Origin: Squalus acanthias
Taxonomy: Eukaryota
Length of the DNA: 64,000 nt
NCBI GenBank assembly: GCA_030390025.1
Contig: CM059429.1
Coordinates: 22,196,001-22,260,000, forward strand
Reading direction: 5' to 3'
The stretch's first letter is position 1, and each line of letters begins with the position of its first letter. Positions 8,935-22,015 of this stretch are shown here, one piece after another. Below the pieces are notes generated by a model. That model was not told the DNA's origin. It saw only the letters and a list, made by a program, of their open reading frames with translations, and did not search any database. Both the position numbers and the translations under genes were made by a program.

Positions 8935-9100
8935 GAAATGCAGCCTCCTCCTGCACTGCTCCTCAGAAATATCCAAGAGAGTAACTCTTCACCGATAGAC
9001 CCTGTGGGCTGGGTAAGGCCTTCTACGAGCAGACCTCCGCACCTACTGTGATCTAACAGGCCCACCTGCTGCTTGTTCTGGTTCTTCCTCTTCCTCCAAC
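8935..9100 (-). pseudogene. Harbinger transposase pseudogene, N-terminal fragment
   Basis: Minus strand reads EEEEPEQAAGGPVRSQ*VRRSARRRPYPAHRVYR*RVTLLDISEEQCRRRLHF. It joins in frame to SRQTVTDLC at 866 when 867-8934 is removed. Confidence 0.82.
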
Positions 9101-10656
9101 TGTTTGTCCATCCAAAAGAGTGAAGCAAAAACAGCACCAAGGATAAGCAGTGTGTACTTAACGAGGGTAGATAAAGTGAGGGGGCGGAGGGGAAATCTGA
9201 AAGAAGCAAAGTAGAGGCTCAGAACTGCCTTGGAAATGCACTACTCACAATGGCACACAGATCCTAATGACCTAAGTGCCTGCAGGTGATTGGCCCTTTA
9301 AATGCAGCTTACAGGTATGCTGGTCGGTTCGCGAAGCCAATCCTGCTAAGTTTTAATCACGTTGCGGTCCAAATGATGTCGTTGGACCCCTATTTGAATT
9401 TATTGATCAGGCACCCACCTTTTTATGGCAAGTGCGTTTGTGAGCTGAGTCAGCTCCACAGTAAAGCTGGCGGTCGGCGAGTTTCCGGCAGGAACAGGCT
9501 GGTAAATCGATTTTCGCTATTTTAACCGGCGGGCGGGTTGGGTGAACATTGGGGGCGTAGATTCCGAATTGCTTTTGTTGTTCTCGAGAGGGTCCCCACT
9601 ACATCATATGCAAAAAATCCCCAGACCAGGAGAGTGGGCAGCTGGCTTGCTCTTGGATTTCTTTCTATTTCACTTGGGTAAGTGATTCTCGGTGATTCAC
9701 CTGTCGACTTCTTAGCCTCAGGCAGCACCTCCACCAGTGAGGAATTGCAGGCTTGAACCCATGTATTCCTGGCCCATCACACAGCACATCAGAGCAACAG
9801 TGGCCCTGAGTCACAGAATGCAACACAATTTGTGTTGCATAACCGGCAGATGTTACATTGTCTATTTCTATCTTGTTTCATATGTTGACTAATACTGATT
9901 AATTTGTGTAATCATTTGGTGGAAAGCAGTCACATGCTGCAATGTGGACCTGCTGCAGCAGGAGTGACTGTCCTGATCTGGTGCCTGTTTGCCCTCTATT
10001 GGTAGTGGAGAGTAACTGCAATGTTTATCTTGACTTCATTCAGTTGTCCTGTACAAGTTCCTGAAAAGTGGGCAAAAGGAAATGTTTGATTTTTCCACTG
10101 ACTATTTGAAATTGTTAGAGGGAGGAGTTACTGTAAAATAATTTCTGAACTATATATTTAACTCCTTGAAATCTTGTTCCGATGGTTATTGCAGAAGTAC
10201 TTATATGGAGTCGCTATAGACTCATGACAGATAAAGTTTCAGCCAGAAATATTGCATTTTGCTGCTGAGAAGTTGCAGCAGGCACTCAGCCAAGCTTATT
10301 CTGAGGGCAGTCATTCCATTTATTATTACACCACTCTTGATCCTTTAAATCTGCAACATTAAAAGTGCAGTTTTGTGTCGTGCCACAGAAAAAAACATTA
10401 CAACTAAATCTACATTCACCCGTTCCCAGCTCTCTGATGACCATCTTCAGGTTCCATGCATCAGGAGTGAAGCATAAAATTCACGGAACACTGTGTTTGA
10501 AACAAGACACTTTATTGTGCCCAATCATGGGAGGCAAGAATTGGAGGAACACAGAGTTCTCTGAGGGTTGTAGGGTTGTAGTCCCAACATGGTTTTTAGT
10601 GGATGAGTGATCAGCTCAAACTGTCCATAATCTTGCACTAATAGATATTAGATTAA

Positions 10657-11019
10657 CCAGTGCAGTGCTGAGGGAGTGCTGCACTGTTGGAGGTGCCGTC
10701 TTTCAGATGAGACGTTAAACCAAGGCCCCGTCTGTTCTCTCAGGTGGGACGTAAAAGATCCCGTGGCACTATTTCTAAGAGGAGCGAGGGAGTTATCCCC
10801 GGTATCCTGGCCAATATTTATCTCTCAATCGACATCACTTAAAAAAAATGATCTAGTCATTATTACATGGCTGTTTGTGGGAGCTTGCTGTGCGCAAATT
10901 GGCTGCAGCTTTTCCTACAAAACAACAGTGACTACACTTCGAAAATACTTCATTGGCTGTAAAGCACTTTGTGACATCCTGAGGTCGTGAAAGGCGCTAT
11001 ATAAATGCAAGTTTTTTTT
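10657..11019 (+). mobile_element. DeuSINE-family SINE (SacSINE1-like), 5'-truncated
   Basis: Deu-domain core GAGGTGCCGTCTTTCxGATGAGACGTTAAACC..AAAGATCCCxTGGCACT and tail GGCGCTATATAAATGCAAG. Homologous to 13350-13806 and 25105-25545. Confidence 0.85.
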
Positions 11020-13349
11020 CACACTCTAGCAAGTCCACAAAGGCTGCAAGTGTGAGGAATGGAAATGCTGCAGGTGAATTTTGGCTAATTGATGGGGCAA
11101 AGCAGAGACAGATTTCCTTGGCAGCTAGCCCATTTTATTCATGACCTGCTTTGCAATGTTACTGGGTGCTGCAAGTGGAATAGTGTTACATTCCCAGCAC
11201 TGACATCACTCGCCTGTATGAGAAAATTTACCGCAAAAAAAAATGGCCTTGTTGGACTATCTTTACAATTCTGCTAGCAAGAATGAACAAAGGAAAGCAA
11301 TAGTTGTTTTAATGACTAGCCAAGTTTGGAAGTACTGCAAAATCCAATGTGTAAACTACAGCTTCATATTGCTTTATATCTCGCCAATATGTTTTAACTA
11401 TCAAAACAACCACCATGAAGACGGTTGCATAGAATTTGGCACTGGCTTCGATTGTTGTGGCACACATCTTTCCATATCAAACTATAACGAGCATCATTGT
11501 CTATTTTGATCAACTGATCAAAGGTCAAGTTACCTTCAGGTGTTATTCCTGTGTTGTACCATCGAGGAATTGTGAAAGAATCTCTGTGTACGACACTTAC
11601 ATTTTACCATTCACAATTTCTACTGATTATTGGATAACCTCAGCAGCAACTAATTAGAATTTGCCATTGAGGAATGTGCTTTTTAAATGAGACCATTGAT
11701 ACTATAGGGGACTAACCTTGGGATCGCTGAGCAATGTCCTCAATCAATTAGTAGCTATCTATATTCATCATCGTACTGACAGGGAATGGGTTTTCTTCCT
11801 TGTTTGGAATAGTAGATCATGTGTTGGCGAAATTACTAGCAATCTTAATGCGCCATGTGACAAGCATAATGAAAAGCATAAATGGCATAATCAAGAGGAC
11901 TACAACAACTAAATAATAACAGTATCACAGCGAGGTTCTGGACACGTACATTTAAAAAAAAATCAATGATGTAAACAAGGAAACGGATTTAAACTGGAAG
12001 CACCAATAAACTAATGAACTCTCCAATCAGCCACACCAGAATGGACGTGCAATTGGCTGTTACTAACAATGACTATAAAAGCAGCCTGACAATGAATGCG
12101 GTCCTTAATGAAAACTGTTCCAGCAAAATGGTAAGTTCAACAAGGTTTGCTTTTTCATTCATTTTTCTCAGGAGATTAAGTAGGTTGAGCAGACTCCTGA
12201 TGCAGTGGATGATATATGGCCTATGAAAGGAACAAACTTGTTTAGGTGAATGGACTTTTCCTCTTTATATTCTTATGCTTCCTGGGAATGTGAGTCCTTT
12301 TAAAAGCAGAACGGCCTGGGCGTTACAATGCCAGGCATTGAGGGTGTGCTGGTTTTTATAAAGCTATAGCTTTTCTTTAACCTCATCACCACTAGAGCTG
12401 TTTTTCCTTGAAGGGGGCACCAGTACTTAAATAATAAAAAGGTCGAGTCCCACACCTCTAGATCAATGAACAAGGGGTAGGGAGGGTGGGAGTTTTGCAT
12501 GTGAAAGACAAGTGTATTGTCAAAATCTCAAAACCCCTATTGGATGTAGGTAATCCATGTTATTCATCATCCTTCACTTGTTACTGTTCTTCTTAACCTT
12601 CTTGTGATGCGAAAGACTAACTTTTAACGAAAGATATGTGTGTGGAAAAACCAGATCCACATCTCGATCATTGGGTCGGATTTCTTCCATCAAACAATGC
12701 AAAATTTTCACTGTTGTTTTAATCCCTTCAGAAAACTCACACAATGAATTCTGTATAGTGACTAAATGGTTCCAGAGAACGGCCATCTCAGCCTGCGATC
12801 ATGGGCATAAGAGACAGAAAGGGCTTTGTAACGGCCAGTACAAATACTGAATAGAAGCCAGGAATACAGATCAATACAGAGGCGGCGGAGGGAATGTTAA
12901 CAACACATGTCAAAAATGACACTACCAACCAGTTACATTTGTAAATATCAATAACACAACTTGCCTTAAGTGATTGAACGAATTACTGTTCCAGCCTCCG
13001 ATTTCACATGGCAGTATGAAGTCAAATGTTGTATTATTCAGCCAGAGTAAGTCAGGGGCTGATATTGAGCTGAGGACAGTGGGGCAGCTGTTGTGTAGTG
13101 TATCACATTGCTTTGAACACTTCTTCTTTCAAATGATCTTTAGTCATGAGGCAGTTAGGTGGTAAAAGAAGCCCCGTGGCAGGGCCCATGACCCAGGAAG
13201 AAGCTGACTGGCAATTTTTCCAAACTAAATGTTCCGTTGGTCCGGTCAGTGCGTATATCCAGCCGTTAGTACAGGGCCTGAGATTTAACCTAACGAAGGA
13301 TCACTGAGTCCCTGATTTAAGCTGCACTACATTGTTCCCTCCTGCCCAT

Positions 13350-13806
13350 AAAAAGACTTACATTTATATAGCGCCTTTCACGACCACCGGACGTCTCAAA
13401 GCGCTTTACAGCCAATGAAGTATTTTTTGAAGTGTAGTCACTGTTGTAATGTGGGAAACGCAGCAGCCAATTTGCGCACCGCAAGCTCCCACAAACAGCA
13501 ATGTGATAATGACCAGATAATCTGTTTTTGTTATGTTGGTTGAGGGATAAATATTGGCCAGGACACCGGGGATAACTCCCCTACTCTTCTTCGAAATAGT
13601 GTCGTGGGATCTTTTACATCCACCTGGGAAAGCAGACGGGGCCTCGGTTTAACGTCTCATCCGAAAGACGGCACCTCCGACAATGCAGCACTCCCTCAGC
13701 ACTGCACTGGAGTGTCAGCCTAGCTTTATGTGCTCAAGTCCCTGGAGTGGGATTTTAAACCCACAACCTTCTGACTCAGAGGCAAGTGTGCTACCAACTG
13801 ACACAG
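13350..13806 (-). mobile_element. DeuSINE-family tRNA-derived SINE, near full length
   Basis: Reverse complement of the 25105-25545 copy, including the tRNA-like head, Deu core and L2-like tail. Confidence 0.88.
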
Positions 13807-14759
13807 GGAAGTGCTGAGTGGAGGCCAGAGAGTCTGAGGGAGATTAGTCATCGACTGTTGTCACCTTCTTTCTACTAACATAGGCAGAAAGCTGAGAGCA
13901 GGTCACAGGCTCACCCTGGCAGGCCCAGGAAATCTGCTTGGGGAGAGAAAAAGGCGGGTTTCATACACTCAATAACAAACTATATTTGCGCTGCAAGTGA
14001 ATCATAATCTTACAAATTTAAACGAGCAAAATTAATGAATTGCTAACATGATTGAGGAACTACCAATGGCTGAGTTGAGTCAGAAATGAGACTTCATTCC
14101 CACACCTGGATAAAGTATTTAGTTGAAGGGCTATCAATGAAACAATTGACCAGACCCCTCACAATTGGTGATGTGCACTATTCACAACATTCTCATAGAA
14201 TGCTACAGTGCAGAAACAGGCCAGTTGACCCACCAAGGATATGCTGGTGTTTTTCTCCACATGAGCCACCTATTCTAACCCCACTCTCCTGCTCAGTCCT
14301 CGTGCCTTTTAATATTCCTTTTTTTAGACAACCCAGTGACTTATTTATTTCTGTTTCACAAGCTACGCAACCTCCGCACTGGTTCAACTGAATTCTGTGT
14401 TTCACAAATACCTGTGTGCTTGCACTCTGGCAGTTGCAAAGGACGTACCAATTCCCCAGTGTGTTTTTTTTTAATTCTGCACATTAGGCAAATATTGTTC
14501 CAGGTATTAAAAACTACACATATTCTGGAATGTGGCAGTGTGATCTTCTCGCTGGCGACAGCGGGAGCAGAAATTGAATTTCTTTTTGTTGATCAGTTTC
14601 ATTCGGTGATAGTTTTTACGCTTTAACTTTACGACATTGTATTCTGTAGATGGTTGTGGATATTCTACATTAACCATCACTACTTTCCCACCCCCTTCAC
14701 TGGGTTTTGTACAAAGCTATTTTATTTAAAAGTAGGTTAGAAAAACATTAAACTGGATA

Positions 14760-15062
14760 TTAATCTCCAGCACTGTAACCCCTCTGGACTCTCCGTTGCT
14801 CTGAGTCTGGCATCTTGTGCATCTACCCGCTCCCCTCGCCCTCCATTCTCAGCCGTGCCTAGGCCCCATGTTCTGGAATTCCCTCCCTAAACTCCTCTGC
14901 CCCTTCACCTCCCTCTCCTCCCCTTAAGCCACAGCATTGACCAAGCTTTTAGTCACTCCTCTCCATCTTTGGTTAGTGTCTGTTTATTTTCCTTATGCCT
15001 CTGTGAAGGGCCCTTCAGCCGGTTTTTCTACATCCCATTGTATCAATGCAAGTTGTTGTATT
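14760..15062 (+). mobile_element. Degenerate L2 LINE 3' fragment
   Basis: CTAGGCCCC..TCTGGAATTCCCTCCCTAAAC..TGACCAAGCTTTT..CCTTATG..AATGCAAGTTGTTG is the reverse complement of the L2 ends at 16855 and 61425. Confidence 0.65.
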
Positions 15063-16854
15063 GTGATCCATTGAATAGCACATTTTAAGATGTACCCATT
15101 TCTAGTTTGTTACAGTAAAAAGATGAGACATCGGGTAGGTATGTCTACAAGGTATTGCATCCTATATTGCCCAGATTCTTGGCTTGGTGTAATGCACATG
15201 TTTTTTTTTATTCTGGTCTATTTTCACGTCTAACAAATAAAAAATCAATAATATTTAAAGTAGTATGAATCCTTAAAATATATCTTTTACGATGATGAGA
15301 AGCTATTCCTGTAACTGGCCACTTGGTGGAGTGGTGAGTTTGGCATCATTTTAGTGGAGCTTAAATTCATGCAGTAAGTGGCTCAACAACAGGGTGTGGT
15401 GGCCTGAGACGGCTCGAACAAGGATACATGACTCTGAGTTCACCCCAGTGGCTGCTGGGGACAAGTCGCCAATTTACCACAGTCTAACGTTCGACAACAC
15501 AGAACCGAGACCCAGGTAAGAGCAGGAGAGAGATCCACAGCCAGGAGAACTGGTGCAAGTATTTGGTGTGAAATGTTTGCATTAACACTGAACATTGTGG
15601 TGCTCCCTGCACAAACCTGGAGCTGTAACTTACTGTTGGCTACTTTTGTGGTGCTGGTTCAGTCATAATCTTGTAGAGGACTGATGGCCTGGCCGAATCT
15701 ATTCACGTTGTAATGGCAATCGGCTTTCTCGGCCAGTTGTCAAACAATTTTTTTTATGTGCCAAAAGATAATTCTGTCCAGTGCTCTGGAATTCACATTA
15801 AGCAACACTATTCTAAGTTTTCCAGGTAGTATACCTTTTCTTCTTTGCCTCAGATGTTCTTCCTCACTTCTTTGATCTCCGTGTACCTGAGGATCGGCCC
15901 ATTGCCAAATAGGGACCGGGACCAACATTCCTTTGCAAGCTGTGATCTCCCCCACTGCACAGTACTGCAGTCACAGATCTCAGTTCTTTCACTCCTGTCA
16001 TCAGCAGCAGCATTTCTGAGCTACCCGTTGCTGCTAGTGTCAGTTTCTGTTGGGTTACAATGTCATCCGTCCTTTGAGTCTGTGTCAACATAAGCCCCAG
16101 TACTGTGCATTTCTTGGTTATCGGTTACAACTGTGTTTTGATTGAATTAAAGACACTTCAAGCTTTATAACACTATGGATTGAAGTTTTAAGTGTTCTAC
16201 TGTGCAGTCTTTCCAGGTGGTGACAGTCATCACATGTAGCTCTCTTCTTATCAGGAGTAACTTCAAGGACTGTAAAGCTTGCTGAACCTTTCCAAACAGC
16301 CACACTGAGAAAGAATGAAATGTTGTCAGATTATCCTTAAGGCCACAATGGCTCAATTAAATGTACAACCTCCAAACACTAGGAGTGAGCCTTTTAGAAT
16401 TGGATTCTCAAGCCGAATAACAGGTACTCCAGCCAGAAAGAGACTCTTCCAGTACTGTCTCTGCACGGAACTGACACAAGACCATTGGTCAGACTCTGTT
16501 CTGTCCTGCTGGACTGAAGGTACGAGCATTGGCCTAATCTGCTACCTGGAAGAGTCTATTAATAGCTGAGATGGAGCTAATTCTCTACAGTATATGAGCC
16601 TGGAGATTTGGAGAGGACTATGCTTGGCATGGTTGCTTCAATGGTGAATAAATCTGAAACTCGGACACCAAGACCTATTGGTAACAACAGCTTGTGGTAT
16701 TTTCAAATGAATGGGGATATTGATTTAGTTGCACATGGCCTGCGAGGCTCCATCATATGTGCCTAAGCAACCCACAAGGTCTAAAAGCTTGGACATTCCT
16801 GCCCCAGCTGGATTAAAAAGACAATATGAAGTGAAATATATATATTTTTAAATA

Positions 16855-17697
16855 CAACAACTTGTATTAATATAGTGCCTTTAACGTAGTAAAGCGTCCC
16901 AAGGCGCTGCACAGGAGTATTTTAAGACAAAAAATTTGACACTGAGCCACATAAGGATAAATTAGGGCAGGTGACCAAAAGCTTGGTCAAAGAGGTAGGT
17001 TTTAAGGAGCGTCTTAAAGGAGGAAAGAGAGGTAGAGAGGCGGAGAGGTTTAGGGAGGGAATTCCAGAACTTGGGGCCTAGGCAACAGAAGGCACGACCA
17101 CCAAAGGTTGAGCGATTCTAATCAGGGATGCTGAAGAGGGCAGAATTAGGAGCGCAGATATCTCCTGTCATCAGCAGCAGCAGGGGGGTGGTGGGGGGGG
17201 GGGGGGGTGGGGGGGGGCGGCTGAAGGAGATTAGAGACCGGAAGGGGCGAGGCCATGGAGGGATTTGAAAACAAGGATGAGAATTTTAAAATCGAGGCGC
17301 TGCTTAACCGGGAGCCAATGTAGGTCAGCGAGCACAGGGGTGATGGGCGAACGGGACTTGGTGCGGGTTAGGACATGGGCAGCCGAGTTTTTGATGACCT
17401 CAAGTTTACGTAGGGTAGAAATGTGGGAGTGCGTTGGAATAGTCAAGTCTAGAGGTAACAAAAGCATGGATGAGGGTTTCAGCAGCGGATGAGCTGAGGC
17501 AAGGGCGGAGACGGGCGATGTTACGGAGGTGGAAGAAGGCAGTCTTTGTTATGCTGCGGACATGTGGTCGGAAGCTCATTTTAGAGTTAAATATGACACC
17601 AAGGTTGCGAACAGTGTGGTTCAGCCTCAGACAGATGTTAGGGAGAGGGATGGAGTCAGTAGCGAGGACCGAAAACAATGGCTTCGGTCTCCCCAAT
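16855..17697 (-). mobile_element. L2 LINE 3' portion
   Basis: ORF2 C-terminus VRNLGVIF..FFHLRNIARLRPCLS..AETLIHAFVTSRLDYSN and HWLPVKQRLDFKILILVFKSLHGLAP; (CAA)n tail at 16855. Confidence 0.92.
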
Positions 17698-19180
17698 ATT
17701 TTTTTTTTATTCGTTTATGGGATGTGGGTGTTGCTGGCAAGGCCAGCATTTATTGCCCATCCCTAGTTGCCCTTGAGAAGGTGGTGGTGAGCCGCCTTCC
17801 AGAACCGCTGCAGTCTGTCTGGTGAAGGTACTCCCACAGTGCTATTAGGGAGGGAGTTCCAGGATTTTGACCCAGCGACGATGAAGGAACGGCGATATAC
17901 TTCTAAGTCAGGATGGTGTGTGACTTGAAGGGGAACTTGGAGGTGGTGGTGTTCCCATGCGCCTGCTGCCCTTGTCCTTCTAGGTGGAAGTGGTTGTGGG
18001 TTTGGGAGGTGCTGCCGAAGAAGCCTTGGTGAGTTGCTGCAGTGCATCTTGTAGATGGTACACACTGCAGCCACGGTACGCTGGTGGTGGAGGGAATGAA
18101 TGTTTAAGGTGGTGGATGGGGTGCCAATCAAACAGGCTACTTTGTCCTGGATGGTGTCGAGCTTCGAGTGTTGTTGCAGCTGCACTCATCCAGGCAAGTG
18201 GAGAGTATTCCATCACACTCCTTACTTGTGCCTTGTAGATGGTGGAAAGGCTTTGGGGAGTCAGGAGGTGAGACACTCGCCGCAGAATACCTAGCCTCTG
18301 ACCTGCTCTTGTTGCCACAGTATTTGTGGCTGGTCCAGTTAAGTTTCTGGTCAATGGTGACCCCCAGGATGTTGATGGTGGGGGATTCGGCGATGGTAAT
18401 GCCATTGAATGTCAAGGGGAGGTGGTTAGACTCTCGCTTGTTGGAGATAGTAATTGGCTGGCACTTCTGTGGCGCGAATGTTACCTGCCACTTATCGCCC
18501 CAAGCCTGAACGTCGTCCAGGTCTTGTTGCATGCAGGCATTGACTGCATCATTATCTGAGGAGTTGTGAAAGGCGCTGAACACTGTGCAGTCATCAGCGA
18601 ACATCCCCATTTCTGACCTTATGTTGGAGGGAAGGTCATTGATGAAGCAGCTGAAGATGGTTGGACCTAGGACACTGCCCTGAGGAACTCCTGCAGTGAT
18701 GTCCTGGGGCTATGATGATTGACCTTCAACCACCACAACCATCTTCCTTTGAGCTAGGTATGACTTCAGCCAGTGGAGCGTTTTCCCCGATTCCCATTGA
18801 CTTCAGTTTTACTAGGGCTCCTTGATGCTACACTCGGTCAAATGCTACCTTGATGTCAAGAGCAGTCACTCTCCCCTCACCTCTGGAATTAATTTCCTTT
18901 GTCCATGTTTGGACCAAGGCTGTAATGAGGTCGGGAGCCGAGTGGTCTTGGCGGAACCCAAACTGGGCATCAGTGAGCAGGTTATTGGTGAGTAAGTGCC
19001 GCTTGATAGCACTGTCGATGACACCTTCCATCACTTTGCTGATGACTAGACTGATGGGTCCGTAATTGGCCGGGTTGGATTTGTCCTGCTTTTTGTGGAC
19101 AGGACATTCCTGGGCAGTTTTCCACATTGTCGGATAGATGCCAGTGTTGTAGCTGTACTGGAACAGTTTGGCTAGTGGCT
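17698..19180 (-). mobile_element. CR1-clade LINE, second family, 5'-truncated and frameshifted
   Basis: RT motifs NPANYGPISL, QFGFRQDHSAPDL, ALDIKVAFDRV, MFADD, WQVTFAPQKC, YKAQVRSVMEYS; A-rich tail appears as a T-run at 17698-17708. Clade assigned by motif recognition. Confidence 0.88.
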
Positions 19181-19230
19181 GAAAGATTTGTAGATTTTTG
19201 TTTCTAGTCCACTTGGCACCAAAGCCAGTA

Positions 19231-19499
19231 CAGGTTGAGCATCCCGAATCCAGCAACCTCGGGACCGAGGCCGAGCCGGTTTTTGAGTTTTTCCGGACTT
19301 CGGAATGTGTTTCTGATGTCCAAAGTCCGGAAATGCCTGGGCCCAGGTTGCGCTATTTCCGGTTTTTGGTAAGCCTCCCTCAGGGTGTCCGGATTCCGGA
19401 ACATTTTACGGATTCCGGACCCCTGCCACCAATCGTCCCGGAGTCTGGATTCCGGAACATTCTGGATTCCGGAACTCTGGATTTGGGACGCTCCACCTG
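19231..19499. mobile_element. Tc1/mariner (pogo/Tigger-like) MITE
   Basis: TIRs CAGGTTGAGCATCCCGAATCCAG / CTGGATTTGGGACGCTCCACCTG with TA on both sides (19229-19230 and 19500-19501). Confidence 0.85.
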
Positions 19500-19699
19500 T
19501 ATTCAGTGATGAAGGAAGATGATTGAAAGCAAGCCAGTGTGGCACCTTCTTAAAAAAATGGTGAAACAAACCTGGGTAATTATCACTTTTTAACATTCTT
19601 TATTAGTCTTTAATCAATAACTAGGAAAATAATGGAATCTACCATCAGGACCAAACTTAAAGAATAGTTATATGGAAATATTTTAGTAAATGATGATGG

Positions 19700-21092
19700 C
19701 AGGCTGGGGAGACAGACTAAGTGGCCTGCCCCAGGGGTTCTAATCTACATAAATAACCGGAATCCAAAAATATTATGGAAATTCATGGATGGTAGCTGGG
19801 TAGTCAAGACCAATGAAGGTCAGCTATGGAAGTATGGAAGGATCTAGACAAAACTTACAAATTGCCAGAATTCTGGCAGATGAAATTCCATTCAGTTAAA
19901 TGCAAGGTGTTAAACATTAGAACAATGGGAGGGGCATACACAATGAATGGTGTTGAACTAGCAATGGGAGAAACCGAGAGATCTGGGAGTGATGGTGGAC
20001 TTAATACTTGGTATGTTCAGTCATTACAGAGCAGCAATCAACAAACAGAATGAGCTATATTGCCAAATAAGTGGAATATGATTTGGTCTCCTGACCTAAG
20101 GAAGGATATATTTGCCTTCGTGTGAGTGCAACAAAGGTTCACTAGATTGTTCCTGGGATATGAGGGTTGTCCTCTGAGGAGAGATTGAGTAGAATGGGCT
20201 TATATTCTCTGGCGTTTAGAAGAACGAGAGGTGATCTCTTTGAAATATATAACATTCTCAGAGGGCTTGACCGGGTAGATGCTGAGAGGTTGTTTCCCCT
20301 GGCTGGAGAGGCTGGAACTCGGGGGCATAGTCTCAGGATAAGGGGTCAGCCATTTAAGACTGAGATGGGGAGGAATTTCTTCACTCGGAGGGTTGTGAAT
20401 CTTTGGAATTCTCTACCCCAAAGGGCTATGGACGCTGAATCGTCGAGTATATTCAAGGCTGAGATAGATAAATTTAGATAGGGAATCGAGGGATATGGGG
20501 ATCGGGCGGGAAAGTGAAGTTGAGGTCGAAGATCAGCCATGATATTGAATGGCTGAGCAGGCTTGAGGGGCCGTATGACCTACTCCTGCTTCTATTTCTT
20601 ATGTTAATATAAATCTGCGGCTGTTGTGCTGAAGTGGTATAGTTGTCTATTCAGACTGTACCTTGAGTAATGTATTCAGTTCTGGTCATCAAAGTACAAA
20701 GGAAACATCTAAGCTCTAGAAGAGATGCAGCGATGGTTCTGGTATCATCGGACTGTGTTCTGAGGAAAGATTAGAAAATCTATGGAATGAGCCAAATGTG
20801 AGGGAACAGAATAAAGGTAAGCAAGATACTAAGTGGACCAGAAAAGATTAATCCTGCGCATTATTTCAAGTTAAACCAGGACAAGGGAATATAGATACAA
20901 ACTAATAATGGGCAAGTTCCGGCTTGAGGTTGGGAAGCACTTCAGTGCACAGAGTGCTTATTAGCTGGAATGGCCTTCCGAGTAGGTTAAGGAAGCAAAA
21001 TCACTGGCACCATTCAAGAAGCAGTTGTGTGCTATAGAACCATGGGTTCCTATGGAAGGATTAGTTCAATGGCCCGAATGGCCTGCCTCATC
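19700..21092 (+). mobile_element. Old, highly decayed CR1 fragment interrupted by a younger CR1
   Basis: WQMKFHSVKCKVL before 20082; CCTTGAGTAATGTATTCAGTTCTGGTC (LEYCIQFWS-like) after 20605; GGCCCGAATGGCCT end near 21080. Limits approximate. Confidence 0.55.
20082..20605 (+). mobile_element. CR1 LINE 3' fragment
   Basis: EERLSRMGLYSLAFRRTRGDLFEIYNILRGLDRVDAERLFPL..RNFFTRRVVNLWNSLPQ followed by the CR1 3' UTR. Confidence 0.92.
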
Positions 21093-22015
21093 TGTACTGT
21101 GTTGGCCTTCAGTTTAGTTCGAGAGTTCAACACAGTATCAACTTGCCATGGCAAATTGTATACTGTTGTGGGATATTTGGAATTCTCTTTTTTTGCATTA
21201 TATAATAGTTCTTGCAGTGCTTTACTGGAATGATGTGAGTCACTCTTTCATCCATTTTGATTGGCTTAACTTTAGTTAGAAGGACTTGTAAAAAGCCAAA
21301 AGTGTAGTTTAAAAAAAAAATAATAATTGCAATGAAAGAGGCAAATAACAAATGAAAGCAATTAATTTGCAGTTGCTTATGCTGCATCATGGCAAACTAA
21401 TTGTGAGTGAATTGAAATGCTTTTTTGGAGAATATAATTATTTACAAAGAGAGGAAATATCCAAATGAATCAATTTTCACAAACACCAACTGTCGGGCTC
21501 CACTTGAGTCTGGCTGGCAGTAAATGCTGGCATATCTAAACTCACCCTGGACATGCTGTGACCTAACTGGCTGTGTTGTAAATGGGTCAAATGCTTCTTA
21601 ATCCTGGCTAGGTGCAGTTTTGCGATAATGCCAGAGATGGCATTTCCACTGGTGCGGTGTACTTCAATTCCAATCATCTGTGTGGCTTTTTTGCTAGGAA
21701 TTATTTACAATTTGTGTGTTCTGTATCTCGTAAAAGGATATAATAGCAGTCTTCAGTCCATTTTCACATCAATGTTCAGAGCATCAAATTGGATGCTTGA
21801 TTTAAGGAAGCATTACCCTGTTGATTTCCATTCCAAACCTAATTTAATTGTGAAGAAATACTTTGGACCATTGTTTCTGTTTGAAACTGTTGCAGAGATG
21901 AACCAATTCTAAATTAAGAAACTTCAGTTTGTGACAGATTTATTTCTGATATCTTGCAGATGGCCAAGGTTAGAAAATAAATTAAATGCACCTGAAATTA
22001 CCTGCCAATCGCTGA

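Larger units (their letters stand above)
14..9622 (-). mobile_element. Decayed PIF/Harbinger DNA transposon, interrupted by a nested CR1/Penelope/Tx1 insertion
   Basis: Left end GGGGGAGATTTTAATT... resembles the reverse complement of the right end of the MITE at 53074-53580. Transposase remnants lie on both sides of the 867-8934 insertion. The right end (AAAAAATCCCC, 9622) is only an imperfect TIR, so the outer limits are approximate. Confidence 0.6.
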
